Shown here: piece by piece, positions 1-13,919 of the stretch | Position numbering within the stretch: position 1 is the first letter of the stretch | Layout: each line of letters starts with the position of its first letter | From: Octopus sinensis | Lineage: Eukaryota | DNA length: 64,000 bases | Reading direction: 5' to 3' | NCBI RefSeq assembly: GCF_006345805.1 | Contig: NC_043010.1 | Coordinates: 31,496,001 to 31,560,000, forward strand | Position numbers and translations under genes: made by a program | Notes under the pieces: model-generated | Seen by the model: only the letters and a program-made list of their open reading frames with translations | The model's database searches: none | What the model was told of the DNA's origin: nothing

Positions 1-1269
1 TTGACTTTGAAATACAAAATAGAATTTTTTTAATGTTTATTACCTTACAAAAACTATATCAGCTAAATAAATGAGTCTTCCCTAAATGCATTAAAAGCAT
101 TTTGACATAATCTGATAACTATTTCAGAAAATTATCACCGTTCTCTGAGCATATAAAACAAGTTTGGCGGGGGTAAAATGAATAAGTCAAGATAAGGTAA
201 ACTTGCTGCTTCAATTCTCCAGAAAACAGACTCATACACATCAATATCCATTCCTAGACATCAAAAAGATCAGAAATGTAAAAAAAAAATGAATATCTAG
301 GTCAAATAAAAAAGGATCAGGGGAAAATGGCACATGATATGAAATCAACGAAACTCGACTAAAAAGAAAAAAACTAACTCAACATAAAATATCACTTATA
401 GCTTTTTCACGATCAGCTCAAGTGTCTTTATGACAGATACATTTACACACCATGCAGTTAAAGAGAAGAAATTATTGAAATTAGCCATTACTCATTTTAC
501 CCCCTTTTAGACATTTTTTGAAACTTGAAAATGATCAAATTAGACATTAGTGTGGAAAGAAATTGACTTGGAATCCAACAGAAAAGAATATTGATTGTTA
601 CAACAAAAATTATCCAGGTATTTCATTAGTAACTTCAAATACAAAGTTGAAAAATTACTTGGAAAAATAGGACCTGCTACTTGACTGTTTCGGACTCTCT
701 CAACATCGTTAATAGTAACTATGTTGACTAAGTTTTACTTCTAAAAATGAAACAACAGTACAAAATGATGATGCAATACTTGCAGTGTAATGATTTCAAA
801 CAAACAGAGAGAAAATAACCAGAAATCAAAAGTTTCTCATTTTGCCCCACCCACCTAATGAAATTTGGGAGAAGGAGGCAGTTAAAAATTTGAACACTGC
901 GTACTAAAAAAAGTTTTTTCTTTTGTAAATTTCTTATTTATGTATTTGTGATTTTTTTGTGCAATAGTTAATTTTCGACTCTATTCTATAGGAATTTATA
1001 TGTAAGTATGTAATATTATTCCAGGAAGTAACAAGTTCAAAAAGTAGCTATGTCTAACCATAGCGAAATACAATATATATATTTGCCAAACTAACGATTA
1101 TAGATTATATATATATAATTTATACACACAAATATATATATTTAAACACACAAACACACAAATATATATTCTTAGAAGTAACTCTATTCTAAAAGTGGGT
1201 GTGTATATAAAACAAAATGCTTCGCAAGTTTAAGCCATAAAAGGAGGCCGATGAAATGAACTTATACAA

Positions 1270-1301
<32 letters not shown>

Positions 1302-1307
1302 ATATAA

Positions 1308-1368
<61 letters not shown>

Positions 1369-2116
1369 ACACTGCTGAAACTGTTTTCCTTACCGGTATC
1401 TAAAAGTTGCGATCTGAGGATCCAATGCAGTTATATTGCAAAAAATTTTCCTGAGACGAACAGCTTCGCAAACACTAGTTTAGAAAACTTGCCAAGCCCA
1501 CTTATACATTTCTCCTTCTCCCTCCACTCCCTTTCTCTCTCTCTCTTGTTCTACATGGAAACTTGCTTTTCTCACTCACTCTTTTACTCTCCTCTATCTT
1601 TCACCTACAAACTCTCTTTTATTACTTTATCTCTAATACTTGTTTAACAAGTACCTCTCATTTTCGTTTAACTTCTTACTCTCCCTCATACTTCTTTTTG
1701 TGTAACATTCAGTCTCTCTCTCTCTGTCTGTCTCTTTCTCCTTCGTTAAACTAACCACTTGTCTACCATCTACTCCCTATCTTTCTTCCTCAAACACTTT
1801 AATCTTGTCTAACATCTACGCTCGCTCTCTAATACTATTTGCTGCTCATCTACTTTTCCTATATCTTATTAATTCTTTTCACACACACACATATACTCAC
1901 ATTCTCTCTCTCTCTTTCTAATACTTCCCAAGTTCTACTATATATATGTATGTATGTATACACACACTATTTCTATTTCACCTTAACTTTCTCTCTTACA
2001 CTCTCACACTGTAATTCTCTCACTTTGTACTTTGAGACCTCCGAATTATCGTTACTCACGCTTTTATCAGTTCGAGTACGCGTGTATAAGTATACACATA
2101 CATACATACATATATA

Positions 2117-2130
2117 GGCGAACTTCGCCC

Positions 2131-2161
<31 letters not shown>

Positions 2162-2269
2162 GGCGAACTTCGCCCATATATATATATATATTATATATAT
2201 ATATATATATAGGCGAACTTCGCCCATATATATATATAATATATATATATATATATAGGCGAACTTCGC

Positions 2270-2270
<1 letters not shown>
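2117..2270. repeat. Four copies of the palindromic 13-mer GGCGAACTTCGCC embedded in (TA)n
   Basis: Cores at 2117, 2162, 2212 and 2258, separated by TA-microsatellite spacers. Confidence 0.95.
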
Positions 2271-2310
<40 letters not shown>

Positions 2311-2970
2311 TGAAAAATTTGGTGGATTTTTTCTTATGACGTTTTTCACGCTGTACTTGATAAATTCTTATAAAGATTTTATCCTATTTTAAAATTGTAT
2401 ATATATATACAGAGAGAGAAAGATAGACAGAAGAACATGAGTCTACGTTTTTATTAATAATCGACAGAAGTTAGAGTGACTCAGTTTCGCCCGAAACTCT
2501 CACTGTAACTTCTACCGATAAAAATAGTGTGTGCATGTGGGCGGGGGTGTTCTCTTCAGTTTTTAGTTATTTGAATTCCTCCTCTGAAGAAAGAGCTGGT
2601 TTCTAACATAGATACAAAACCCCATCGCTGGAAAGTAGATGTGGAATCTACGTTTTATTTTCCTGGCTGAGATTCGAAACTGAATCTAAGAATTCTCGCT
2701 CGCCGGTAGCACCCGCTATTTGTTGACCAAGCGGGAAAATCTTTTTGCCCTGTCAAAAGTGATTGATGAGTTTCCACTCGACCTCCGACCTGGCTGTGTC
2801 ACAGAAAGTTCAAATGGACAGCAAGTGTCCTAAATGAACATAAGCTACCCCTATGATGGTATATCCATCCTTCTAGTTAGAATGGGACATTATAAATGCC
2901 AGTTCCGCATTCAGGTACAAAGAGTCAGCAGAGTCAGACAAGGTAGACCCGACAGAGCAACAATGTAGAG

Positions 2971-3171
2971 CAGTGCTTTTCAACCTTTTTGTTGGAGCGG
3001 AACCCCAAGGAAACATTCCACTGGCTCGAGGAACCCCTGTGCAATAATTTAATAGTTGTATGCACACATATCTGCACAGGAGAATTAAAAATTACTGCCG
3101 ATTTTCGCATTTTTGTAACTTCTTGCGGAACCCCTGGACTGTACTGGCGGAACCTTGGTTGAAAACTACTG
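2971..3171. mobile_element. hAT (Charlie/Buster-type) MITE, 201 bp
   Basis: 15-bp TIRs CAGTGCTTTTCAACC / GGTTGAAAACTACTG; perfect 8-bp TSD ATGTAGAG (2963-2970 and 3172-3179) with central TA; subterminal GGAACCCC repeats. Confidence 0.93.
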
Positions 3172-4166
3172 ATGTAGAGAGACAACACAGCTGAAGCAAT
3201 AGGCGAATGCACACGCAGATATAAAGTATGTCTTTCTACTGTCTTGACTCATCAACATTCTCTTTCCTTCGTTCTACTTTGCACATTTCTCTGTGTACAC
3301 AACTTCACCGACTCAAAGTAGTTGGCTGTATTATATAGTGGCATATTCGGTCATATTTCAAATCAAGCTTTCAGTATCCAACAAGCGAATGCAACTATAA
3401 CCAAATAAATAATGTAAACTATATTCCTATTCTTTCTTCATTGTTTTTCTTTGATACTGGTCCAATACGCCTAACATCATCTGCTACATCTGACAACTTA
3501 CATTGATCCCTCAACATCTCATTCTGTTACAAAGATAACAAAAATGTTACATTTTAAACTTGAGAAAAGTCTTGCATATTTTTATTGTTCCACTTACATA
3601 TTGTATTTGTATTGTACAAGTTAATTAGTTGATTTCTTATTTTGAAAACACTAGCTTATCCAGATTGTTACTTAGGCATTTACTTGCAAAACCGAGTGCA
3701 CCAATTATTATTGATATAAATGTGAATTTATAATCTGGATATAGAAGCTGGATGTTTGAAAGTTATAAGTGTCTTGCTGTAGAGTAGATTCATGCGTTCC
3801 TCAGATGGAAAGTAAATTAGAGAATAAGATATAATGAGTGATAATGATGATGGCACAGCTGTGTCAGGACATGCCCTCGGGGGACATTGGGGACAGTGAG
3901 AATAGGTGTGGTGATATAAAGGCTTGGACTGGGTGAGTGGGCAGGATGAGGTGATTGTAGTAAATGATGGAGAAAAAATATAGAAAACACTCAGGTGCAG
4001 GGTTTGAGGTAGGTATGTGAGAGCATTGAGGATCACGGCAGGAAGCAAGGTGTTGATGATGGCTAGCAGCACAGAGAGGGCAGAGAAGACATAGAAAGGA
4101 GGTGATTGGTGGAGACAGTAGGTGGGGAAAGAAAGGTAACTGAGAAAGCCAGGTGATATGGTATAT

Positions 4167-4368
4167 ATTTCTTTATTGCCCATAAGGGGCTAAACATAGA
4201 GGGGACAAACAAGGACAGACAAAAGGATTAAGTCGATTACATCGACCCAGTACGTATCTGGTACTTTATTTACCGACCCCGAAAGGATGAAAGGCAAAGT
4301 CGACCTCAGCGGAATTTGAACTCAGAACGTAACGGCAGACGAAATACGGCTACACATTTCGCCAGGTG
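4167..4368 (-). mobile_element. tRNA-derived SINE, family A (head truncated)
   Basis: On the - strand: B box GTTCTGAGTTCAAATTC, then GCCTTTCATCCTTTCGGGGTCG..AAGTACCAG and a CAATAAAGAAAT tail. Homologous to the + strand copy at 52959-53190; further partial copies at about 6400-6496 and 31861-32038. Confidence 0.85.
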
Positions 4369-4369
4369 A

Positions 4370-5084
4370 GATGGTATATGTCAAAAAGTTCTCAGACAAG
4401 TTATGTTTAATAATAAATAACTTATTTGCCTAAGTTTTAACATCATCTCCTTTGAAATAGTCACCTTATGCAGCAATACACTGGTCATAGTGTTCCTGCT
4501 ACTTCTGGAATCTCACATGGAAGTCATTTCCCATAAGCGAGTCAAGAACTTTCTGTGATTCACTCTGGATCTCAACAATGGTGCTAAAACAGCAACTTTG
4601 AGCTGCATATTCATTTTAGGGAAGAGATGGAAGTCTGCAGGTACTAAATCTGACAAATAGGGTAGGTTTGGAAGTGACATCATGTTGCTTTTGGCAAGAA
4701 ACTCACAAGTGAGGAGAGCTGAGGGACAGGGCGCATTGCTGTCGTGAAGAATCCAACTCTTTGCACTCCACAGATCTGGTGACTTTTGCCAGATGTTCTC
4801 CCTCAAACACTTCAAAAGGTTGCAGTAGAACTCTTGATTGATGGTCTGGCCTTAGGAAATGAATTCTCAATGTACAATACCACAGATGTGAAAAAAAAAA
4901 AACATTGAGCGTGCTCTTGATTGAGGTGCAGCTCTGTTATACCTTCTTTGGTCATAGAGATGAAGGTCTCTTCCATTGTGACAACAGCTGCTTCATGTCT
5001 GGGTTGTACCTGTAGATTCTACTCATGTCACTAGTGATGATCCTCGACATGAAGGATGGGTCATCAGTAGCATGCTGCTATATA

Positions 5085-5117
<33 letters not shown>

Positions 5118-5790
5118 TTATGTATGTATACACAGATATATATGCCTTAACTTGCACCAAGACAGTTGGGTTTAGGGTATAAATTAACATCACTGCACTT
5201 CTGAAAATCCAGGAACAACAATGGTGGAGAATGTATAATAACTAATCCAATTATTAATTTTGAGATGAAAATATCAATTCCATATGTTTACAGCTGTTTC
5301 ATAACATAGGACAGACCAACAACATCAGCAATGTTATTGATTGTCCTCTGATGATCCGCATGCACAAACTGATGAATTTCCTCCACATTTCTGGAGGTGA
5401 CAGTTGTGGCAGGTCTCCCAGATTGCTCATCATCTTCCAGGGATGTTCTTTCACTTTTGAAGTGCCTGTGCCACTGGAAACTTTGTGTATTACCCATTGC
5501 TTTGTTGCCATAAGCTTGTTGAAACATGCTCTATGTTTCTGAAGCAGACTTCCCAAGTTTAATGCAAAATTTTATGTTGGCTTTTTCTTCCAACATCCTA
5601 TCCATGACAAAATCACAGAATACAGCATACATGTGATCACGAAAACACAAATTTCACAACTTGTGAAGTAAACACAGCAATGTAACTCAGCACAGAGCCT
5701 CATGAAAGTCACCGCTAACTCTCACTGCCCTCAAAACTGTGTGCTACCATTTGTTGGTGCACTACAGAATTAGTTCAGGAATATTCTGGT
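4370..5790 (-). mobile_element. Degenerate mariner transposon, interrupted by an unrelated ~230-bp segment (about 5075-5304)
   Basis: HTH segment QQAYG..AM..TQ.FQWHRHFK..RTSLEDDEQSGRP; DDPSFMSRIITSD; WILHDSNAP...PYLSDLVPADFHLFPK. Multiple stops and frameshifts. Confidence 0.88.
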
Positions 5791-6798
5791 ACATGTCTGT
5801 ATATGAAGTATGTGCCTATATTTATATATCATCATCATTTGATGTCCACCTTCCATGCTGGCATGGGCAGGACTATATATATATATATATATATATATGG
5901 GCAAATTGATGTCCTCCTAAGGGATTATAAAATCCAGAGATCAACTGGTGTTATCAATGATATATTGCAAAAATTCTTTCAATATGTAGGGATAAACAGT
6001 ATAATTTACATTTATTAATATAAGAAAATGGAGAAAACTATTGTGGATACTTATTTTATTTGTATCACATAGCAAATAGTTAAATTCAAATAAAATTTAA
6101 AAGAACATAAATTAACATAACATAAGCATAAAAAAGTGCCTACACATGTTTCAATCTGGTCACTATGTAAACAGTGCTTCAGATCCACAGGGTTTGAGCC
6201 ATGTTAAGAGTTTTAGATGTGAGTTTGAAAGTGATCAGATATCTTATGCTAATGCTTACATATTTTTTCACAGGAATTCAAGTTGGAAGTAAAAAAAACT
6301 TATTAGATAAGATGGATGAGGACCACATATTCATACGTTAAGTATTTAAGTAATGCAAACATTATCTTGTTAGAAAAGTAAAAGAGAATATCGGGCATAG
6401 TTGACCATGGCAGAATTTAAACTCAGAACATAAAGACGGATGAAATACTGCTAAGCGTTTCACCAGGCCTGCTAACGTTTCTGCCAACTCGGTGCCTTAA
6501 TAATAACGAATATTGTAACACATTCGGCTACAGTGGTAACATTGACAACGCCCCCCTCTCCACATCCTGCAATAACATTACCAATGCCACCACCAACACC
6601 AAAGGCCTCAGCAACACCATCGTTGACTGCGGCACCAGCAACAACAACAGCAGCAGTGATATTGTCAACTCCAGCAGCATCATTGTTGACAGCACCAACA
6701 TCAACAGCAATAACATCGTCTTCTTGGTGAACGAAATATATATATATATATAATACATTAATGTACATGTGTGTATGTATATACATACATATATATGA

Positions 6799-6848
<50 letters not shown>

Positions 6849-7230
6849 GTATTTCTATATATATGTGTGTGTATATATATATATATATGTATATATATAC
6901 ATATGTGCTTCCCTTTCTCTCTCACATACACTCACAGACGTGCGTAAACAGGAAAAGTTGTTGAGAATTATCAACAAAAACAAAGCTGAGAAATACACAC
7001 ATGTGTTGCAAATTAAGTTTAATTACCAATAAATATCAGCTTATGGCCTGGACCATGATTACCAGCATGTACGACAGACTTCAAAAAGTAGTTAACCATT
7101 TAATGGTTTTAGTAAAGCTATACAGAAAAAATAAGCATTATACCGTCCAGCATAAATAAAAGTCAACTTTTAAATGAATCAAATTCCAGTACAAAAAAAA
7201 AAATTCTGAAAAAGATCTACTCATTCTTTT

Positions 7231-7593
7231 GCAATCTTTCAGGATGATAATGTACTAATTCACACTAAAGTTGTTACTGAATGGCACAACTAGTGAAGCT
7301 GAACATCTTATCTGGCCACCACAGTCTCCAGATCTCAATATTATTGAACATTTATGGTGCATTTTAGAAAAACAAATAAGGAGTCGATAACTTCCACCAA
7401 TCATCACTACAAGAACTGGAGACTGTTTTAGCTGAAGAATGGACAAAAATTCCTTTGGAAACAATTCAAACTTTGTACGAGTCCATACCTTGTAGAGTTC
7501 AAGCTGTAATTACTGCCAAAGGCAGTCCTACTCTATATTAAAATAAATTTGTTTTAAATTTTAAGGTGTTTCCATTATTTTGTCCCACCCCTG
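7231..7593 (+). mobile_element. Tc1-like transposon 3' fragment
   Basis: FQDDN..H...WPPQSPDLNIIEHLW...SLQELE..L.EEW.KIP...AVI.AKG; ends in a TIR-like TTTCCATTATTTTGTCCCACCCCTG followed by TA. Confidence 0.9.
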
Positions 7594-7646
7594 TATATCC
7601 ATACACACACATATATATATAGGTAGTAAGGATATATATATATATA

Positions 7647-8100
7647 TTGGATCGTAGAGTGACTCGCTGTTCTTGAGGATCTGAAGACCCGACAAATGAA
7701 GTGAGTTCATGCTCGCAGGACAGCCTGCTGTGCTAGCCTTGGATCGTAGAGTGACCTGCTAAGGAGAACTGTTGAGTCAAGTTCATTAAGACACCCATGC
7801 TGGTGACACGTAAAAGCACCATTCGAGCGTGGCAGTTACTAGCGTCCATGTCGGTGACACGTAAAAGCACCAACTGATCGTGGCTGTTTGCCAGCCTGCT
7901 CTGGCTCCTGTGCTGGTGGCATGTAAAAAGCACCCACTACACTCATGGAGTGGTTGGCGTTAGGAAGAGCATCCAGCTGTAGAAACACTGCCAAATCAGA
8001 CTAGAGCCTGGTGCAGCCTCCATGGCTTACCAGACCCTGGTCGAACTGTCCAACCCATGCTATCATGGAAAACGGACGTTAAATGATGATGATGATGATG
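7647..8100 (+). mobile_element. RTE LINE 3' UTR fragment with (GAT)n tail
   Basis: Reverse-orientation homolog of the 3' ends of the RTE copies at 13920 and 41601 (GGTTGGCGTTAGGAAG.GCATCCAGCTGTAGAAAC...GGACGTTAAATGATGATG). Many shorter copies elsewhere, e.g. about 20606, 21390, 30170, 38635, 41330, 46990, 47740, 49880. Confidence 0.85.
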
Positions 8101-8792
8101 TAACAGTTTTAATTGATTTGTAAACAATGTTATGAAAATGTCGGAGTCAGCCGTTGCAATAAAAATTTGTTGTTGTAACGGCATGCTGTAGGATGTGAAA
8201 GATGAACAATGCATGAAGTTTTAAGGAAATATTTATTTACCGTTACGTTACAATACCTTGCCTCGATGGACAGGTTATGATAAATCCAAAAGCATGCAAA
8301 GTAAAGTTTGGAGCAGTAGAATGTTTCATTACATAGTTTGGTGTATACAAATAGTTAGTAGTAATCCACAGATAGCGATAGAATGATGTTGTAAGAGAAC
8401 AGAATTAGAACTAGAGAGGATTGTAGGGTATTATCTCACAGTTGGTTTCTCTCTCTGACCAAGGTTGGTCAGCCAGACCTCGTTGAGTCGTCACCGACTG
8501 TGACTAATTGATTTTTGCTTGGGATGCGCTGGCTTATATAACTATCCCGAAGGATAGATATATCATTGAGAACAATAGATTTAGTTGGTGGTCTTGTTAT
8601 CTCTATTCTAGCTTTTGGTGAGGTAGAAAGGGTCAAATGGTGAAGAAATTATTTCGGCCTAGTTAAAGGCATCTGGAAAATGTAAAACTGCTGTCAGACA
8701 AAAACCATTATTCCACCATGGGAGCAGTTGTGTTGCAGCGTTAATTTAAATTTGTCTATGGTGGATTGAATCCACTTCATGCATGCAAGATC

Positions 8793-8829
<37 letters not shown>

Positions 8830-9663
8830 GGTTTGGAGATGATGTACAGGTATTATATATTAGAAGAAATGAGGTACTCAGAAATCTGGATGGTTTTATA
8901 TTTACAGATATTTATTAATATGTCACATGTTTTTATAAATCATATATTAGCGCTTGCTAATATAAATCATATATTGGACGTAAGCGAGTTCAATTAATAA
9001 ATATCTGTAAATATAAAGCCATCCAGATTTCTGAGTACCTCATTTCTTCTAATATATATATATATATATGCAGATATATGTATACCTTTGTGTGTACATA
9101 TATATACTTTATATATATATATATACACATACATACACACACATACACATGTTTAAATAGACAGACAGATAGATACATACATACATATACATTTATATAT
9201 ACCCATATCTCTCTCTGTATATATATATATACTAATTCCTAAATATTTATATACACCTATAAATATGCATACCTATACATGTGTATATGTGTGTGTATAT
9301 GGTTTTTTACAGCTGGATGCCCTTCCAAATGCTAAACACTTTACAGCATGGATTGGATGCTTTTTATGTGGCATCAACATATTCTCATTCACATTACATC
9401 TATATATATTTTAAGTGAGCGATAATATTTTGAAAACAGGAGTGATTAATATTTAATTTCATATAGATATTTATGTGTGTGTGTGTAAAACTGATAAAGC
9501 AAATACAATTTCCGAGAAAAAATTGCAGTTTTATTTTCAGTAAAATCTTTGAAGGTTGTATGCTTGTGACTATTACTCACTCCCACTCCATTTGTTGTTT
9601 TACTCTTCTTTCCCCCAAGCATGACTGGCAGAACACGTACTGCATTTTATTATATGTAAGATA

Positions 9664-9730
<67 letters not shown>

Positions 9731-9735
<5 letters not shown>

Positions 9736-11222
9736 TAGATAAACTTAGATATGTTTCGACCAAAGATTGGTCCAGGCCATGTCTAACTTAATAGCACCAC
9801 CTGATAGGATTATTCGAATCCTGTTTAAGTCAAGTTTTGTTCAAGTAGTGAGTTCTTGTTGGGTGAGTTGTATCCAGTTTTGTTCAAGTAGTGAGTTGTA
9901 TCCAATTATGGGTGGCTTATCTGGTATTCTTTGAAGGAATCTATCCAGACTCTGTTTAAAGTTGATGGGATCCTTTTCCTCTTTGATCTCTCTCGGGACA
10001 ATGTTAAATAGGGCAGGGCCTGTTGAGGAAAAGAAATTATGTTGCAGTGTACATGTATGTTGTGATCTTGAGTTGGGCAGGGGACGTATAGCCCGTGGTC
10101 CAAGTCTTGGATGAACCTTGAAGCTAATGTTTAGGTCGTTTGGGCATAGTTGGCGGTATATTTTCCACATCGTACAAATGATGTACCGCTCACGGCGACG
10201 CTGGAGGGAGTAAAGTTTCAAGGCTTTAAGGCGATCCCAATAATCGAGAGCAGCCATGCCTTCAATTCGTTTAGTGAGTGCCCTCTGGGGTGACTCAATT
10301 CTGGAGATGTTTTGTCTTGTGTGAGGAGACCACAGTGGGCAGCAGTATTCAAGGTGTGGCCGTACAAAGGAGGAAAAAAGTGGTATGATGACACCTTGTT
10401 CTCTGGACCGGAAAGTTCTTAAGATCCAGGAACTCATCCTACGAGCTATATCGACCTTCTTGTTGATGTGTGCACTCCAACTGAGATCGTCATCAACAAT
10501 TACACCCAGGTCTCTGATATTGTTAGAGGCTGTGAGCGGTTCCCCTGAAGAAGAGAGTATGGCTGTTTTAGTGAGGAGTTTCTTCCAAAATGCATCAGCT
10601 CAAATTTTCCCTCGTTCAGTTGCATTTTGTTTCTGTCTGCCCATTGACTCACAGCATATAGATCAGACTGGAGTTGAGTTCGGTCTGCTTCTTCATTGAC
10701 GATTTGCTGGAGCTTGGTGTCATCAGCAAATATTTTCACTTTGCAGTAATGTACGACACTGGAAAGGTCGTTTATGTAGATTATGAAGAGTAGCGGACCC
10801 AAGACAGTCCCCTGGGGGACACCGCTGGTGACTTTTGCTGGGCTTGAGTGGACTCCATCAACTACAACATGTTGTGTTCTATTCACCAGGAAATACTTGA
10901 TCCAATGTAGAACTTTTCCACGGATTCCAACATTTGCCAATTTTGAGAGTAGGATATTATGGTCTACCCTGTTGAACGCTTTACTGAAGTCAAGATATAT
11001 GACATCAGAGTTCGAACCTGTTCCCAAGGCTTTGAGTACATCTTCAATGTGGCGTAAGAGCTGTGTTAGACAGTCCCTGCCACAGCGAAAGCCATGCTGA
11101 TTTGCATTTAGGAGTTTCTGGGTCTCCAGGAAGTCAGCCATCCTTGATCTTAACACTCTTTCAAACACTTTGATGATGTGGGAGGTGAGTGAGATTGGGC
11201 GATAGTTGAGTGCGAGGGATCT
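9731..11222 (-). mobile_element. 5'-truncated CR1-clade LINE (RT domain and C-terminus), young
   Basis: [16 protein letters not shown]...NQHGFR...YLDFSKAF...SGVPQGTVLGPLLFIIYINDL...FADDTKL, then one frameshift near 10548, then WILRTF...RPHLEYCCPLWSPH...LQRRRERY. The 3' tail is a duplicated 10-mer (AAACTTAGAT x2 on the + strand). Confidence 0.95.
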
Positions 11223-11223
11223 G

Positions 11224-12150
<927 letters not shown>

Positions 12151-12926
12151 ATATATATATGTATACGTTTATAGATACAAGCATCAATTTATATTTGAAG
12201 ATATAATTGAGGCATAGATGAGTAAAATTAAGTATGTATGCATACATTTGTATAAATGTATGCGTACAGCCATGTTATATATTTTGGTGCACAATTATAT
12301 CTATACATATAAATTTGACATGAGTGATTTTTTTCTTGTCTTTGGATTCACGATTAAATTGGCTGGGTGTAATTGTGTGAAGAATTAAACAGATGTGTAG
12401 AATGATCCAGTGTTGTTGCTGGATTTTGTATTTTTTTCATAGGTCCCATGGTTACTGAGATAATCTACTATAATAATATTCTTGTATTTATGAATGAGAA
12501 CGGAAGGGGTGATGTCATACTTGGTAGTGGGATGATGAAAATTGTACGCTGAAAAAATAAATCAAATAGCATTTCAACTCTGTGTGAATATATGTGTGTG
12601 TGTGTAAAGGGGTATGTGAATGTGTCTGCGTGTGAATATGTGTGTTTGTATGTGTATGCAGGTGTGCACGCAATGGAAGTGGGATGGTTCAGCTTTGTTT
12701 GCTTAGTATTTGGGTTTTTTTTTTGTTGGTCATTTATTTTTAGCATTTCGACAGAAAAAAGTCATTCTAAAATTGTTTTTTAATGTAAGCATGCCCAAAC
12801 AAGTTGAATGTTTACACAGAGCAGGTTTTATAGCTACATCATCCAAACTGACCAGATGAAACTGGGCTTAGCTGCTAGTATACATATGTGTGTATGTATA
12901 TATATATGTATATATGTGTATGTATG

Positions 12927-12967
<41 letters not shown>

Positions 12968-13919
12968 ACGACAGGCTTCTTTCAGTTTCCATCTACCAAA
13001 TCCACTCACAGGGCTTTGGTCAGCTTGAGGCTATAGTAGAAGGCACTTACCCAAGGTGCCATGCAGTGGGACTGAATTCGGAACCATGTGGTTGGGCCGC
13101 AAGCTTCTTACCACACAGCCACTCCTGCAATATATATGTGTGTGTGTGTGTGTGTGTGTATGTGTGTGTGTGTGTGCATGTGTATGTATGTATGTATTTT
13201 TGTATGTATACACAGATATATATGCCTGAACTTGCACCAAGACAGTTGGGTTTAGGGTATAAATTAACATCACTCCGCATCTGAAAATCCAGGAACAACA
13301 ATGGTGGAGAATGTATAATAATTAATCCAATAATTAATTTTGAGATGAAAATATCAATTCCATATGTTTACAGCTGTTTCATAATCTGTATTCAGTTACA
13401 TCCTGAATACTAAAGTGCACTGCACACATATAAGTATACAATATAGATGTTGTTATGCTCTCACCTGTTTCTGTCTTTTGTTTTTCATACATTTGCACAA
13501 TATGTCATATACTCTGTCAGAAGTGGACCCAAGGGAGGAGGGGACCTGAAGGGCATGTGGTCCCCTCTGGAAAAGAAGTGCGCTCTTCTGACCTTGTGCC
13601 CTACTTTGAAAAATGCCTGGGACTGCGCCTGTATGTGGTCACCCCAGTTTGATCCTGTCTAACTGAACTTCTTTCTTTCTTGGACCTTCATCTCTACTTT
13701 ACTGTCATGGATTTTGCTGTACACTGTTGTTGGTTTGTATCATACCAATCTACCACAACTTTTTGAACTTCTTGTAAACTGTTTACCCAAACATGTTTTT
13801 TTCTCTCTCAGTTTCCTTTCTTTGTTCCTTTGTGTTGCAGAGCATAGGCTTGAAATGTTAAAGACTTTTCCATTCTTCCTGAGCATCAAACTAACACATC
13901 TTCTTTGTTGTTCCCTCTC

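Noticed and set aside
1-1100. Exons of a neighbouring gene on the - strand
   Set aside because: Several splice-like sites are present, but the candidate exons I translated hit stops or gave no recognisable protein.
2117-2270. CRISPR-like appearance (palindromic repeat with regular spacing)
   Set aside because: The spacers are pure TA microsatellite rather than unique sequence, the repeat is only 13-19 bp, there are no cas genes, and the context is eukaryotic.
6472-6848. Open frames rich in Thr/Ala/Pro or Val/Gly on both strands
   Set aside because: Cryptic (CAN)n low-complexity DNA that is stop-poor in several frames, with no splice context or family motif. Similar tracts occur at about 27300-27440 and 40202-40628.
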